Below are positions 9,568 to 17,547 of a DNA stretch of 64,000 bases, in pieces (the stretch's first letter is position 1; every line of letters starts with the position of its first letter). Under the pieces are notes generated by a model. That model made no database searches. It saw nothing but the letters and a program-made list of their open reading frames with translations, and had not been told where the DNA came from. Location: NCBI GenBank assembly GCA_963667845.2, contig CAXXVL010000002.1, positions 2,656,001-2,720,000 on the forward strand, read 5' to 3'. Source of the stretch: Smithellaceae bacterium (GTDB lineage Bacteria > Desulfobacterota > Syntrophia > Syntrophales > Smithellaceae). A program made the position numbers and the translations under genes.

Positions 9568-10908
9568 CTACCTTTTATTGCTCCTTCTCCAGATGCCCTT
9601 CTTCTCGGCCACTTTCACCAGGTCATCGCGAAAATCAGGATGGGCGATAGAGATCAGCGACTCAGCGATGCCCCAGGTCGGTAGCCCCTTGAGGCAGACC
9701 TTGCCGTATTCCGTGACGATGTAAAAGGCCCAAGACCTGGGGATCGAAGTGATTCCCTGGATATCGGGAACAATCCTAGAGACGACCTTATCCCCGCTGC
9801 GGCGGACAGAGCGGAGGCAGATGAATGCCTTGCCCCCCTTCGATTTCGCCGCGCCGATGACAAAATCTCCCTGTCCCCCCGACCCGGAAATCTGCCGATC
9901 GTAGAGAGCCTCGGAGGCAACCTGGCCATAGAGATCGACCTGGACAGCGTTGTTGATGCTGATCATATTGTCGTTTCTGGCGATATGCTCCGCCGTATTC
10001 GTATAATCGACGGGGTAGCTCGCGCAAACGGGATTGTCGTCGAGAAATTCATACAGCTCCGGGGTTCCCATGGCGAAGGTGTAGATCATCTTGTTACGAT
10101 CCGTGAACTTGTATTTTCCGGTAATTTTCCCCCGGTCATACAGGTCCATAAAGGCGTCACACATCATCTCGCTGTGAATGCCCAGATCCCGGAGATCCGA
10201 TTCGGCAATCAGGCTGCCGACCGTATTGGGAAGACCGCCGATTCCCAGTTGCAGGCAGGAACCGTTATGGATTTCCTCGATGATCAGCCTGGCCATCGTT
10301 TCATCTTCCGCTGTCGCCTGCGGCCGGGCGATGGGGAGCATGGGGGACTTTTCCGCTTCGACGATAAAATCAACGTCCGAAATGTGGATGTTTTCGCTGT
10401 GCCCGCCAAGACACTTCGGGACACCCTCGTTCACTTCCGCGATGATGATGTCCGCCATTTCGGTGACCGCCTTCATATAGGAATTGGAGGTGCCGAAATT
10501 GAAGAGGCCATTGTTATCCATGGGGGTGGTCTTGATGAAGACTACATTCGGCCGGGGTGAGTAACCATTGCGCATCCTCCATGGTTGCTCATGGTAATTA
10601 GCAGGAATGAAAAAAGTGCCGCCCCGCTTCGCCAAAGACCTATCACTCCGGCTATAGAAGCTGCTGTTGTAAGTGAACGCCCTGCACTCGGGATCGCAGA
10701 CGGCGGTTTGAACCGGGAGCATGCCGTTCGAGACACTGATATTTACATCGGTGAGTTCGCCGACCCTCTTGGCGAGTGCCTGATCCAGGGTTACCGGGGT
10801 CATGACGAAATGGCTGTAGTAGACCCAGTCACCCGATTTTACTACCCGTACAGCCTCCTCGGCCGTTCTCAGCTTGTTCCGATATTGATCCCAGATGTTT
10901 CTTCTCAT
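9568..10908 (-). CDS. Acetyl-CoA hydrolase/transferase family (4-hydroxybutyrate/butyryl-CoA:acetate CoA-transferase-like)
   Basis: LQLGIGGLP, DLGIHSEM, SINNAVQVDLYGQV, SGSGGQGDF and VTEYG motifs; likely start MRRNIW with GGAG upstream. Confidence 0.9.
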   Translation of the reverse strand: MRRNIWDQYRNKLRTAEEAVRVVKSGDWVYYSHFVMTPVTLDQALAKRVGELTDVNISVSNGMLPVQTAVCDPECRAFTYNSSFYSRSDRSLAKRGGTFFIPANYHEQPWRMRNGYSPRPNVVFIKTTPMDNNGLFNFGTSNSYMKAVTEMADIIIAEVNEGVPKCLGGHSENIHISDVDFIVEAEKSPMLPIARPQATAEDETMARLIIEEIHNGSCLQLGIGGLPNTVGSLIAESDLRDLGIHSEMMCDAFMDLYDRGKITGKYKFTDRNKMIYTFAMGTPELYEFLDDNPVCASYPVDYTNTAEHIARNDNMISINNAVQVDLYGQVASEALYDRQISGSGGQGDFVIGAAKSKGGKAFICLRSVRRSGDKVVSRIVPDIQGITSIPRSWAFYIVTEYGKVCLKGLPTWGIAESLISIAHPDFRDDLVKVAEKKGIWRRSNKR

Positions 10909-10978
10909 GTAGGCAACTCCCCCGCAGGCGCTTATAGAACGTCCGGAAAATAATTTTTCTTGCAATCGCTGGGGCTTC

Positions 10979-10997
10979 TGTATAACATTATTATACA
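10979..10997. promoter_or_regulatory. Palindromic operator candidate in the divergent promoter region
   Basis: Perfect inverted repeat TGTATAA-catta-TTATACA between the CoA-transferase and TAXI genes. Confidence 0.5.
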
Positions 10998-11157
10998 ATA
11001 GGTATATTTTATTATGTGTTTTTATAACACGAATATCAGTTCTTTGGCAAGATGAAAAGCATCCGGAAGGAAAAGTGCAGGATAAATGGTTATCGATTGC
11101 CTTTTTTCCTGTTGGCGTGGGCGTAAATGAAGGTCTATCAACGAAAGGAGCGCGCAG

Positions 11158-12123
11158 ATGAAAGGATTAGGAATCAGGACACTGGGGACAATCTTCATAT
11201 TGGCGGTTTTTCTTTTGGCGGGGATCGGTGATGTGCAGGCTCAGACGCGCCTGTCTATCGCAACAGCCAGTACAGCCGGAACGTGGTACCCCCTCGGGGG
11301 CGCCTTCGCTAATGTCATCAGCAAGAATGTCAAGGGCACTGAGGCCATGGCTTATCCCTCCGGCGCTTCCATTGAAAATATTAGAAACCTGAAAAAAGGA
11401 CAGACGGATATCGTTATGCTGCAGCCGGACGTGGCCTTCTGGGCTTATACCGGGACGGAACAGTTTGCCAAGGACAAACCCTACCAGGGACTGCGAGCCC
11501 TCATGGCCATGTACCCGATTTACGAACAGATCATCGTACCTTATGATTCCCCGATCAAGTCCGTTGCTGATATGAAGGGCAAGAAGATCGGTGTCGGTGC
11601 TCCAGGCAGCGGCAACGAAGTTATGAACCGGCTGATTCTCGCCGAGTACGGTGTGACTTACAAAGACTGCGATCCGAAATTCCTGTCGACACCGGAACAG
11701 GTGGAAGCACTGAAGGACGGGAATGTTGACGCCATCATGTTTGGCCTAGGCGCCCCTGCACCGGGTGTGATGGATCTGCAGACCCAGCGCAAGATCCGGT
11801 TCATCGAAATCGAACCAAAGATGATGAAACAGATCAATAAAAAATACCCTTATTACGTTCCCGAACAAATTGAAGCCAACACCTATAAGGATCAGCCCAA
11901 GGCGATCCCGGTGCTGGCCTGGATGGGGGTAATCGGCGTCAGCGCGGACATGAACGACAAGCTGGCATACGATATTCTTAAGGCATTCTGGGACAACAAG
12001 GCCCTCATCGACAAGATCCATGTCACTTACAAGGAGATCACTCTGAAGAATGCACCGATTGTGCCCATTCCGCTGCACAATGGGGCCGTCAAATTCTATA
12101 AGGAAAAAGGGGTTCTCAAATAA
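11158..12123 (+). CDS. TAXI-family TRAP transporter substrate-binding protein
   Basis: Signal peptide; IATASTAGTWYPLG, SGASIEN, GAPGSG and PIPLHNGAVKFYKE motifs. Confidence 0.92.
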   Translation: MKGLGIRTLGTIFILAVFLLAGIGDVQAQTRLSIATASTAGTWYPLGGAFANVISKNVKGTEAMAYPSGASIENIRNLKKGQTDIVMLQPDVAFWAYTGTEQFAKDKPYQGLRALMAMYPIYEQIIVPYDSPIKSVADMKGKKIGVGAPGSGNEVMNRLILAEYGVTYKDCDPKFLSTPEQVEALKDGNVDAIMFGLGAPAPGVMDLQTQRKIRFIEIEPKMMKQINKKYPYYVPEQIEANTYKDQPKAIPVLAWMGVIGVSADMNDKLAYDILKAFWDNKALIDKIHVTYKEITLKNAPIVPIPLHNGAVKFYKEKGVLK

Positions 12124-12134
12124 AAAGTTCAACC

Positions 12135-12626
12135 TTGCACAGTCGTCTTTCATGCCAGCTGACTGGCTTGTTGGTACTATGCTGTCTGGCTTTCCCCGTG
12201 GATGGCAGGGGATCGGAGACGCTGATACTCCAGGTGGCGGATCTCAGGGACGGGCGGATCTACTACTCCCTGCCGGTTCGTCCGGAGATCACTTTTTACA
12301 TCGAATTCCTTCATTCCTATGATCGCCTTCCCTGCTGGGATCTGTATCAGGTCGGAGTGGACGGAACTTTGATCTATCGGCGAACGGGCGGTCGCTCCTT
12401 GCTCAACGGGCAAGGATTCTTCTACGAGGGATTTCGGATTCTCCCCGGGGGAACCTGGGAGATCGACAGGATCAATGAAGTGAGTGAAAGCATTCTTTTC
12501 TATATGGGGTCCAAAGGAGATGCCGATCACCGTCTGACCCTCCCGGATCGCACTGTTCTACTCTCGGAAAAAATCGAGGCCGGACGAATCGTCAAGGTAT
12601 CGATACAAAAAAAACCACCTAAATAA
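12135..12626 (+). CDS. DUF1850-like accessory protein of TAXI-TRAP operons
   Basis: FxIEFLHSYD motif; sits between the TAXI SBP and the fused permease; start codon uncertain (TTG). Confidence 0.65.
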   Translation: MHSRLSCQLTGLLVLCCLAFPVDGRGSETLILQVADLRDGRIYYSLPVRPEITFYIEFLHSYDRLPCWDLYQVGVDGTLIYRRTGGRSLLNGQGFFYEGFRILPGGTWEIDRINEVSESILFYMGSKGDADHRLTLPDRTVLLSEKIEAGRIVKVSIQKKPPK

Positions 12627-12642
12627 AGAAAGGTCAATACCC

Positions 12643-14553
12643 ATGGATTGGAGACAGTTGCTCAGTAAAAAAGGACTCATTACTATCACCGCTGTCTGTA
12701 TGTGCATCTTCCATATGTACACTGCTCAGTTCGGTTTATTTTCCGCTATCGTTCAACGCTCCATTCATCTGCTTTTTGCCTGCATCCTGATTTACCTCAC
12801 CGCTTCGATCGTGACGGACAAGGGCAAGGCTGCCATGTCCAGGGGGAAAAAGATTCTCGGATGGTCGGTGGACATCCTCATGATCCTCGCGAGCGCTGTC
12901 ACCTTGATCTATCTCGTGATCGAATATAAGAACCTGGTGTTGCGCGGAGGAGAAGCAACCGATCTCGACCTGGTTTTGGGGGCCATTCTCATTGTCGTTG
13001 TTCTCGACATAACCAGACGCACCATCGGCTGGGCTCTGCCGATCATCACCCTGATCGCCATCGCCTATTCCTTCTGGGGCCATCATATTCCGGGCGGCTG
13101 GGGGCACCGCCAGGTCGGTTTTGAACAGTTCGTCAGCTTCCAGTTCCTGACGACGGAAGGCCTTTTTTCCATCCCCCTGGGAGTTTCGGCAAACTTCATT
13201 TTTATCTTTGTCCTGTTTGCGGCATTTCTCCTGCATTCGGGAGTCGGCCAGTTCTTTATCAACTTTGCGAACGGTGTAGCCGGCACCTGGAAGGGCGGGC
13301 CGGCCAAGGTTGCCATCATCAGCAGCAGTTTCTTCGGCATGATCTCCGGATCGGCCGTGGCCAATGTAGCCAGCGTCGGCTCTTTCACGGTTCCTCTTAT
13401 GAAGAGGCTCGGTTACTCCTCCACAATGGCGGGCGCGGTGGAGGCGGTTGCCTCCACCGGCGGACAGATCATGCCGCCCATCATGGGGGCGGCGGCCTTT
13501 ATTGTTGCCGAGATGTGCGGAACGTCTTACCTGAAAGTCTGCATCGCCGCGGCCATTCCGGCGGTGCTCTACTATTTCAGCCTCTTTTATATCGTCCACT
13601 TGGAAGCGATTAAAACCGGTATGAAGGGTTTGCCGAAAGAGGAAATCCCCTCCGTGAAGGAGGAGTTCTTGAAGCGAGGACATCTGGTTCTCCCCGCGGT
13701 TCTGCTTGTCGCCATTTTGGTCTTCGGCTATTCCCCCATGAAGGCTGGCTTCTGGTCCATCATCGCTGTCTTTATCGTATCTTTCTTCAAGAGAGACACC
13801 CGGATGGACTGGCCGAAAATCAAGGACAGTCTTGTCAAAGGAGCTCTGGGGTCTCTGCAGGTTGTTTCCTGCTGTGCCTGTGCCGGCATTGTCATCGGCA
13901 TTGTCACTCAGACCGGACTCGGTCTCAAATTCTCCAACCTCGTCATCACCGCGGCACAGGGTAACTTAATTCTATCACTCGTCTACATCGCTCTGGCTGC
14001 CCTGGTGCTGGGTATGGGGCTCACGACTTCGGCAGCCTATATCCTGACGGTAATCATTGCGGCGCCGGCCCTGATGGATCTGGGCGTCGAATTGCTGACG
14101 GCGCATCTGTTCGTGTTTTACTATGCGTGCCTCTCCACTATTACGCCCCCCGTTGCACTGGCATCATACGCCGCTGCCGGGATCGCCGGAGCATCGCCGT
14201 TCCGTGTGGGTTATCGTGGCATGTTGATCGCGAGCGTGGCCTACATCGCGCCCTTCTTCTTTATTTTCAATCCATCACTGCTCTGGCGCGGTCCCTTGTG
14301 GCTGATTATCGTCTCTTTCGTCACCGCCTGCATCGGCTGCATGGCGATCGGATCAGCCATAGAAGGTTTCCTCATCAAAAAAATAAGCTGGATAGAACGG
14401 GTGATCCTCGTTGCCAGCGGCCTTTTTCTGATTTCCCAAGGGCTCAAGGAATCGGCCATCGGCCTCGCCGCCTTTCTTGTGGTTCTCGGTATTCGTTATG
14501 CGGTGGCCAAGAGAAAGCAAGATAAAATAATCGCGGAGGTTTCGACCCCATAG
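12643..14553 (+). CDS. TRAP transporter fused 4TM/12TM permease
   Basis: GGPAKVA, GMISGSAVANV, EAVASTGGQIMPPIMGAAAF and ITPPVALAS motifs. Confidence 0.94.
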   Translation: MDWRQLLSKKGLITITAVCMCIFHMYTAQFGLFSAIVQRSIHLLFACILIYLTASIVTDKGKAAMSRGKKILGWSVDILMILASAVTLIYLVIEYKNLVLRGGEATDLDLVLGAILIVVVLDITRRTIGWALPIITLIAIAYSFWGHHIPGGWGHRQVGFEQFVSFQFLTTEGLFSIPLGVSANFIFIFVLFAAFLLHSGVGQFFINFANGVAGTWKGGPAKVAIISSSFFGMISGSAVANVASVGSFTVPLMKRLGYSSTMAGAVEAVASTGGQIMPPIMGAAAFIVAEMCGTSYLKVCIAAAIPAVLYYFSLFYIVHLEAIKTGMKGLPKEEIPSVKEEFLKRGHLVLPAVLLVAILVFGYSPMKAGFWSIIAVFIVSFFKRDTRMDWPKIKDSLVKGALGSLQVVSCCACAGIVIGIVTQTGLGLKFSNLVITAAQGNLILSLVYIALAALVLGMGLTTSAAYILTVIIAAPALMDLGVELLTAHLFVFYYACLSTITPPVALASYAAAGIAGASPFRVGYRGMLIASVAYIAPFFFIFNPSLLWRGPLWLIIVSFVTACIGCMAIGSAIEGFLIKKISWIERVILVASGLFLISQGLKESAIGLAAFLVVLGIRYAVAKRKQDKIIAEVSTP

Positions 14554-14996
14554 ATGGATGGAATGACCGAATCGTCGTGGTTATTGTATTTTTTACACTG
14601 AGCAGTAAGACGAAGCAAAAGTGGGGTCAAGACCAGGGGCGCCGGCAGTGTTGGTTACAGCGTTTAAAAGGGTAAGCTCATTGCGCAAGAAAATGGTTAC
14701 CAGCTATTGGCCTGAGAGGGCCACAGAGAGCAATTTATTATTTTACCAGTGTCCCCTAAGTCCACCTTAAGAAAATAAATGCGGCTTGCAATCAATTGCA
14801 GTTTGCTGTAAGAGAAGCCAATCGTATCCACACCGCTTCCAATAGACTTAAATAAAATTCGTCATTTGGCTGAAGAAATAAAATAAGACGTCTCCTTATT
14901 ATATCTGTTCCAGGATGGAAATGCAGAATGTAATAATCTTTTTTACAAAAAATTCACTACAAAGTATCTGTTGCAGGTAAGCCTAAAGGGGCAACG

Positions 14997-17042
14997 ATGC
15001 AATTCTATTGCAAAACGAAGATTATCAACGGAATGATAGTTCTTGCTGCCATTACCTGCATAATATCATCGATTGCGCATGCCGGTTCGACTGACGTCTC
15101 AGGTTCACCTAATGTAACGAACAACAAAGACATTGCAACAACGACTCTACCCGCCGCAGCGCCAGACCCTCAACAGAGTCAAACTAAACCGCCATTAAAT
15201 CAATCAATACGGATACCGAAACACCCGCTGTCGGTTCAATCGCCTTCAAGAGCGCCAGTCGCATTAAGCCCGCAGGTAGCTCCTCAACCGGAATACGGCG
15301 TGCAGCCCGACGATGACCCACCGTATATGTCAAGTTCTCTCCCTTCGTCAGCAAAAAGCAGAGCGATAGTTGTAACAAAGGGGACTGTAAGCCTGAACTT
15401 CGACGACGCCGATATTTACTCCGTAATCCAGACTGTTTTCGGTGAGATACTAAAGTACAATTACATCATCGACGCACGGGTGAAGGGCCGAGTCACCTTC
15501 CGGTCCGTTGCGCCCGTGCCAAGAGAAAAAGTCCTGCCGCTGATGGAAGTTATCCTGCGTTTGAATAGCGTAGCGATCATTGAGGAGAGCGATCTCTTCC
15601 GGATCATCCCGATAAGTGACCTGTCGCGGGAGCCGTCGGAAATTAAGATTGGTCGAAAAATCATCGATTCCGATCTCAGGGGAAAAGCCGTCCTGCAAAT
15701 TGTTCCGCTGAATTATGTTCAGTCGACGGAAATTGTCAAACTGATCAGCCCCTTTGTCTCCACAAATGCTGTCATTGTGGATGTCTCCAAGGCAAATCAC
15801 ATTATCATCGCGGATACGGATGCCAATGTGAAACGCATACTGGGCCTGATTGAATACTTCGACGCCGAGATGAAGGAAAAGAAAGGTGTCCGGGTCTTCG
15901 TCTACCATGTGCAGAATGCCAAATCGAAAGACATCGTGACGATGCTGCAGCAAATTTTTCTCGGGGTGAAGTCGCAGCAAACAACTGATAGAACCAGCAG
16001 CAGTGTTCCGACAGGAGCCCAAACGCAGCGATCTGCTGCGCCGCAGCCTCAGCCGGTCACGGTTGCGGCCCGAGGGGGCGGATCCGAGGCGATCGTGTCG
16101 GACTTTGTTAAAATATTTGCGGATGAAAAGTTGAACGCAGTGGTAATTCTCGGAACGCGCGAAGATTTTGATGTTATCAAGCAGACGATCGCCGAGCTGG
16201 ATTTGATACCCCGACAGGTGTTGATCGAAGGCACAATCGCCTCCATTCAATTAAAAGATAATATGAATCTCGGATTGGCCTGGTCGATCAAAACCAATAT
16301 AGGTAATCTTAATCCGATCAATATATCCCTTAATCCCAAAGCCCTGCAGATTGACCCGGAGAAACCGACGGATGGCGGTCTCAATATCATCGGTGTAGAT
16401 TCCGGAACAACGGTGAGAGCGGTGATCAACGCACTGGCGACGCAATCGAAGGCCAAACTGCTGGCGTCACCGCACATCATGGTTTCCGACAATAATGAGG
16501 CGCGAATTCAGGTCGGACAACAGGTGCCCATCACCACATCGGAGACGTATGCATCATCCACCATCGCGCCGCAGAGGACCATCCAGTATAAGGACATCGG
16601 CATCATCCTGAAGGTGAAGCCCCAGATTAACGACAGCGGTCTGGTCAATCTGCAACTGTCTCAGGAAGTCTCGACCTATACGACGGAAATATTATATGCC
16701 AATGAAAAGCAAATCATCCTTAATAAGACGGAAGCCACAACCAGCCTGGTCGTTAAGGATGGCCAAACCATTGTTATCGGGGGCCTCATCCGGGAAGACG
16801 ATTCTCATGCCCGATCCGGTATCCCCTGGCTGACTAAAATACCGCTGCTTGGTTATCTTTTCGGCAATACGACGAAGGAGAATAATAGAACGGAATTGGT
16901 AATTCTTTTGACGCCTTACATCGTCAAAGATGGGAATGAGGTGGCATCCGCAAATCAGAATATCTTCGATGATTTGACCGATAAAAAAATGAGTGAGGAA
17001 TTAAAGCGGAATTTTCATCAGAACAAAGAAGAATCGAAATAG
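14997..17042 (+). CDS. gspD: Type II secretion system secretin (GspD-like)
   Basis: Signal peptide and Pro-rich linker; N0 domain (VSLNFDDADI...IIDARVKGRVT); KH-like N repeats; LDLIPRQVLIE, ARIQVGQQVP, GIILKVKPQI, GQTIVIGGLI and GIPWLTKIPLLGYLF secretin motifs. Confidence 0.9.
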   Translation: MQFYCKTKIINGMIVLAAITCIISSIAHAGSTDVSGSPNVTNNKDIATTTLPAAAPDPQQSQTKPPLNQSIRIPKHPLSVQSPSRAPVALSPQVAPQPEYGVQPDDDPPYMSSSLPSSAKSRAIVVTKGTVSLNFDDADIYSVIQTVFGEILKYNYIIDARVKGRVTFRSVAPVPREKVLPLMEVILRLNSVAIIEESDLFRIIPISDLSREPSEIKIGRKIIDSDLRGKAVLQIVPLNYVQSTEIVKLISPFVSTNAVIVDVSKANHIIIADTDANVKRILGLIEYFDAEMKEKKGVRVFVYHVQNAKSKDIVTMLQQIFLGVKSQQTTDRTSSSVPTGAQTQRSAAPQPQPVTVAARGGGSEAIVSDFVKIFADEKLNAVVILGTREDFDVIKQTIAELDLIPRQVLIEGTIASIQLKDNMNLGLAWSIKTNIGNLNPINISLNPKALQIDPEKPTDGGLNIIGVDSGTTVRAVINALATQSKAKLLASPHIMVSDNNEARIQVGQQVPITTSETYASSTIAPQRTIQYKDIGIILKVKPQINDSGLVNLQLSQEVSTYTTEILYANEKQIILNKTEATTSLVVKDGQTIVIGGLIREDDSHARSGIPWLTKIPLLGYLFGNTTKENNRTELVILLTPYIVKDGNEVASANQNIFDDLTDKKMSEELKRNFHQNKEESK

Positions 17043-17231
17043 GAGGGACAAGAGAATAACTAATCCTCATCGAGGATATTTTTCGGATGGATGTTGTTGA
17101 CCTTTTGGTTGCCCTAAACACCGTCGGCCCGCCAATTCCGAAAAAACTTTTGATCAAGAGTCACCGTACCGGCCATCAAATGACGATGAGGATCGGTGTT
17201 GTCAGACATGCAGTGGCGGCGATAAAAAATG

Positions 17232-17277
17232 TTGACACCCAATTTGAATTGATATAGGTGCCTCACAGAATCTGTGA
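17232..17277 (+). promoter_or_regulatory. Possible promoter with adjacent palindrome upstream of the RHS gene
   Basis: TTGACA at 17232; TG-A-TATAGG at 17250-17258 (spacing short); perfect IR TCACAGA-a-TCTGTGA at 17263-17277. Confidence 0.3.
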
Positions 17278-17547
17278 TGCACATAAAAGTCCCAACAACT
17301 ACTATATCAAAAGATATCCGCAATGCGACCGGTGTTAAAAACCGCGTAAAGCAATTGCTAGGTGATATTCTCCAGCTGCAACAGTTGAAGGAACAAGAGG
17401 GCGCAAGGCCACAACCTGTAGTTTAAAACCTGATAGCAAAATAGACAAGAGATTATATGACAGCACATAAGCCCGGAACCGACTGATTCTGCTCTTGGAA
17501 AGATATAGGGGTTGCACGTATCAATATTAGATTTTCACGGAGGAAGA

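Noticed and set aside
14620..14760. GGGGTCAAGAC and GTGTCCCC motifs as the left boundary of the island
   Set aside because: Too short to support, with no matching direct repeat or integrase found at the other end.
17395..17480. GGGCGCAAGGCCAC...GACAGC, reminiscent of a c-di-GMP-I (GEMM) riboswitch upstream of the RHS gene
   Set aside because: The P1 stem with GAAA tetraloop and the P2 pairing could not be built. An Rfam scan would settle it.
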